Part shown: positions 61,686 to 64,000 of the stretch, piece after piece
Layout of the letters: each line of letters begins with the position of its first letter
Numbering within the stretch: the first letter of the stretch is position 1
DNA from: Callorhinchus milii
Taxonomy: Eukaryota
Assembly: GCF_018977255.1 (NCBI RefSeq)
Contig: NW_024704742.1
Coordinates: 91,886,001 to 91,950,000 of the forward strand
DNA length: 64,000 bases
Direction: 5' to 3'
Position numbers and translations under genes: made by a program
The notes under the pieces: model-generated
Databases searched by the model: none
Told to the model about the DNA's origin: nothing
Seen by the model: only the letters and a program-made list of their open reading frames with translations

Positions 61686-64000
61686 TTATATAATTTGCAT
61701 TTATATAGTGTTTTTCACGTCAGGTGGCCATCCCGAGGCACTGGACAGTCTAAAGTTTTTACCCGAGCTGGGGGTGGGATGTAAAGGAGGGTAGGGTTGG
61801 GAGAAGATGATTGATATTCCAAAGGGAGAGTGTCATGCATTAGTTTTAGTAATCAATGCATTATCTGTTTATATTGCATTGGGAAATCCCATGACATATA
61901 AATGTCATACATCAAACTTTGAAAGGGGCATGAGTTCGAGAAGGATTCACAGATTAGCATCAATGTCAATTCGAGAACTTAAATTCTGTATGTTATGTGA
62001 AGAAGCTGGCAGAGCTTAATCTGAGAAAACAATTGTGGCACAGGATGTAACCAAGACAGCGAAGAAACACAGATGCAGAAAAATAGACTGTTTGACTTGT
62101 ACAAAACTGGAGGATGCAGTCTAAAATGAACAAACTTCAAGAGAGACTAGAAGAAATGTTTTCTCCCATGGAATAATCAATATGTGAAATAAAACTGTTG
62201 TCATACTAGTTTCACTCCTTTAAAAATCAGGGATAAATATCTGGTTGAAGCAATACAGGGCTAAATATGGACCAAGATGTCAAAATATATAACGGGACAA
62301 GATTCTCTGTTGCTGGGGCTTAGGGAGGGAGGAAATGGTTTTAGGAGGATTGAGTAGTGAAGATGAATAATTACTTTGGACATTTTCTCCTCAATTCCCT
62401 GTGCAGTTCCGGGAGGATTTTTTTTNAATAGATCTTCCTCTCAGGAGACTGAGTGATTGGCAAAGAACCCAAATAGGATAGGATACACCCAAATTGTAGT
62501 AGATGGACAGATGGGCTGAATGGTCAGCGTTTGTTCCATATTTTCTTATCACCATTTGATAACATCAGAATTCCAAAGCAAACATATCACTTGTAGGGGC
62601 TGACTAAAGATGGAGTAATAAACTCAAAGTGATGGAAGAGTTTTACGTCTATCCTATTTACAAACTGATGATTCATATTCCAGATATTCAATTTCAGTTA
62701 CTGTCAAATTCAATTTGCCACACAAGCTTACTCCAAACCGCAGAAAATAAGCATATAAAAAATACCAATTTTGATTATTTCTTGTTCATTCTTTTAACTC
62801 AGTGTCACAATACGAGTTGGGTGTTTAAAGCATGCAAGTATGTAGAATGAAAGCGTCTCTCATTTCCACATTTGGATCTCAGAACAGTTGCTCTGTGATT
62901 ATGTGCAATAAAAAAATTTGTGGAAGCAATATTTGCATTTTTTTTAAAAATGTGAACCAGAAGACACAATGAATCCTGGAGTAGATTAAGCCATAACACT
63001 GCCAGTTTATACTGGCTTGTGCTCAAATCAGCACAGTATGATATCTACCAGAGGTAGATCTGGTTTAACCCTTTGGCACATTGCGGTTCCTATTAAACAC
63101 ATGTGCCTACCCAAACTTCAGAGTGAATATTGGAGTTGAAAAAGCAGTTGAGTAGGAAAACCATAAAAGACAAATGACAGCTGGAGTTCCATGACAAAAA
63201 AAACCTGAGGTACAGACGAAACGTGTTCAAGCAACCACCACTGTTCAGCAACCAACCCTGTTAACAACTACCCTGTAACAGAAAGACTGCCCGGTTCACA
63301 CACCAACGAATACTTAATCAGAAGTCACCCTTATATAAAGGTCACTCTCTGAGTGGTTGTTGAAGACAAGTATGACTGAAGTTCAGATCATTAAAAAAGT
63401 CTTTAAATGTACTGCTGTTCATGAGCCCAGATAAAGCTGTTGTTTTCCCTGACTGTGATCTCATCCCTTTGTTGAAAATGCTGTTATGCAGGAACCCCTC
63501 GCGCTTGTTGTCACAGAAAACTGAGCAGGAAGAAATTACAGTCATCAAATATCACGACCAACAGCAAGACCAGTCTGGCATCCTACACTCACATGATTTG
63601 CAAATTATTTCTAATGATTTGTTGTTACATATCTAAATGTAAATCTTTTGAGTAGAGCAGTTTGCATGTGCAAGTTGAAGTCTCTCCTATAAAATGTATA
63701 CTATTTACAATAGAGCATTGTGTATAGTCAAGCAGAAGCCTCTACTGTATCATTTGGCACACTATCTACAAGTGGATACACAAGAGGATAGAGCCAGAAT
63801 TAGGAATTTAAAAAGGTAAGCTCTTTTTTGTAAATTATAAAAGATACCTGGAATTTTACTTTAAACAGCACGCCAGGATATAGTTTGAGTCTGGGATCAA
63901 TTACTGAAGGCCTGAAGGAAACATTGTCCTTTATAACTTTGCTGTCTCCCTTTTGAAAGTTAGAACTAAATTTGATCATATCGCACAGAATTGCAAATCA

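Noticed and set aside
62426..62426. Single ambiguous base n
   Set aside because: Assembly ambiguity at a homopolymer, not biological.
63001..63059. Two small hairpins (gccagt-ttat-actggc; atctacc-aga-ggtagat)
   Set aside because: 6-7 bp stems are expected by chance in 64 kb, and there is no snoRNA or miRNA context.
1..64000. Prokaryotic systems (CRISPR arrays, operons, defence islands)
   Set aside because: The sequence is spliced vertebrate DNA; no regularly spaced repeat-spacer array or long intronless gene cluster is present.

Overview
Eukaryotic, intron-rich vertebrate genomic DNA. The repeat landscape (CR1 and L2 LINEs, tRNA-headed SINEs with L2-type tails, Deu-domain SINEs) points to a cartilaginous fish, possibly a chimaera; this taxon call is an inference. 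Two spliced genes lie in tandem on the minus strand. (1) The last six coding exons of a RAD23B-like gene (60537->47795) encode UBA1, the XPC-binding/STI1 domain and UBA2; its 5' exons lie beyond the right edge. (2) About 4 kb downstream is a complete 7-exon, 251-aa IZUMO4-like gene (43817->29593), mostly invisible in the ORF track. I assembled it by hand from GT-AG sites with all phases matching. Unlike mammalian IZUMO4, which is soluble, this protein has a signal peptide, an 8-Cys Izumo domain, a stalk with N-glycosylation sequons, a transmembrane helix and a polybasic cytoplasmic tail. The rest is mostly retroelements: a near full-length CR1 with an esterase-type ORF1, nested insertions, a CR1-in-CR1 inverted repeat inside a RAD23 intron, and a decayed 28S rRNA fragment. 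The first ~8 kb is repeat-poor and may be the 3' end of a plus-strand transcript. Comparisons with human proteins and repeat families are from memory and need database confirmation. Repeat boundaries are approximate.
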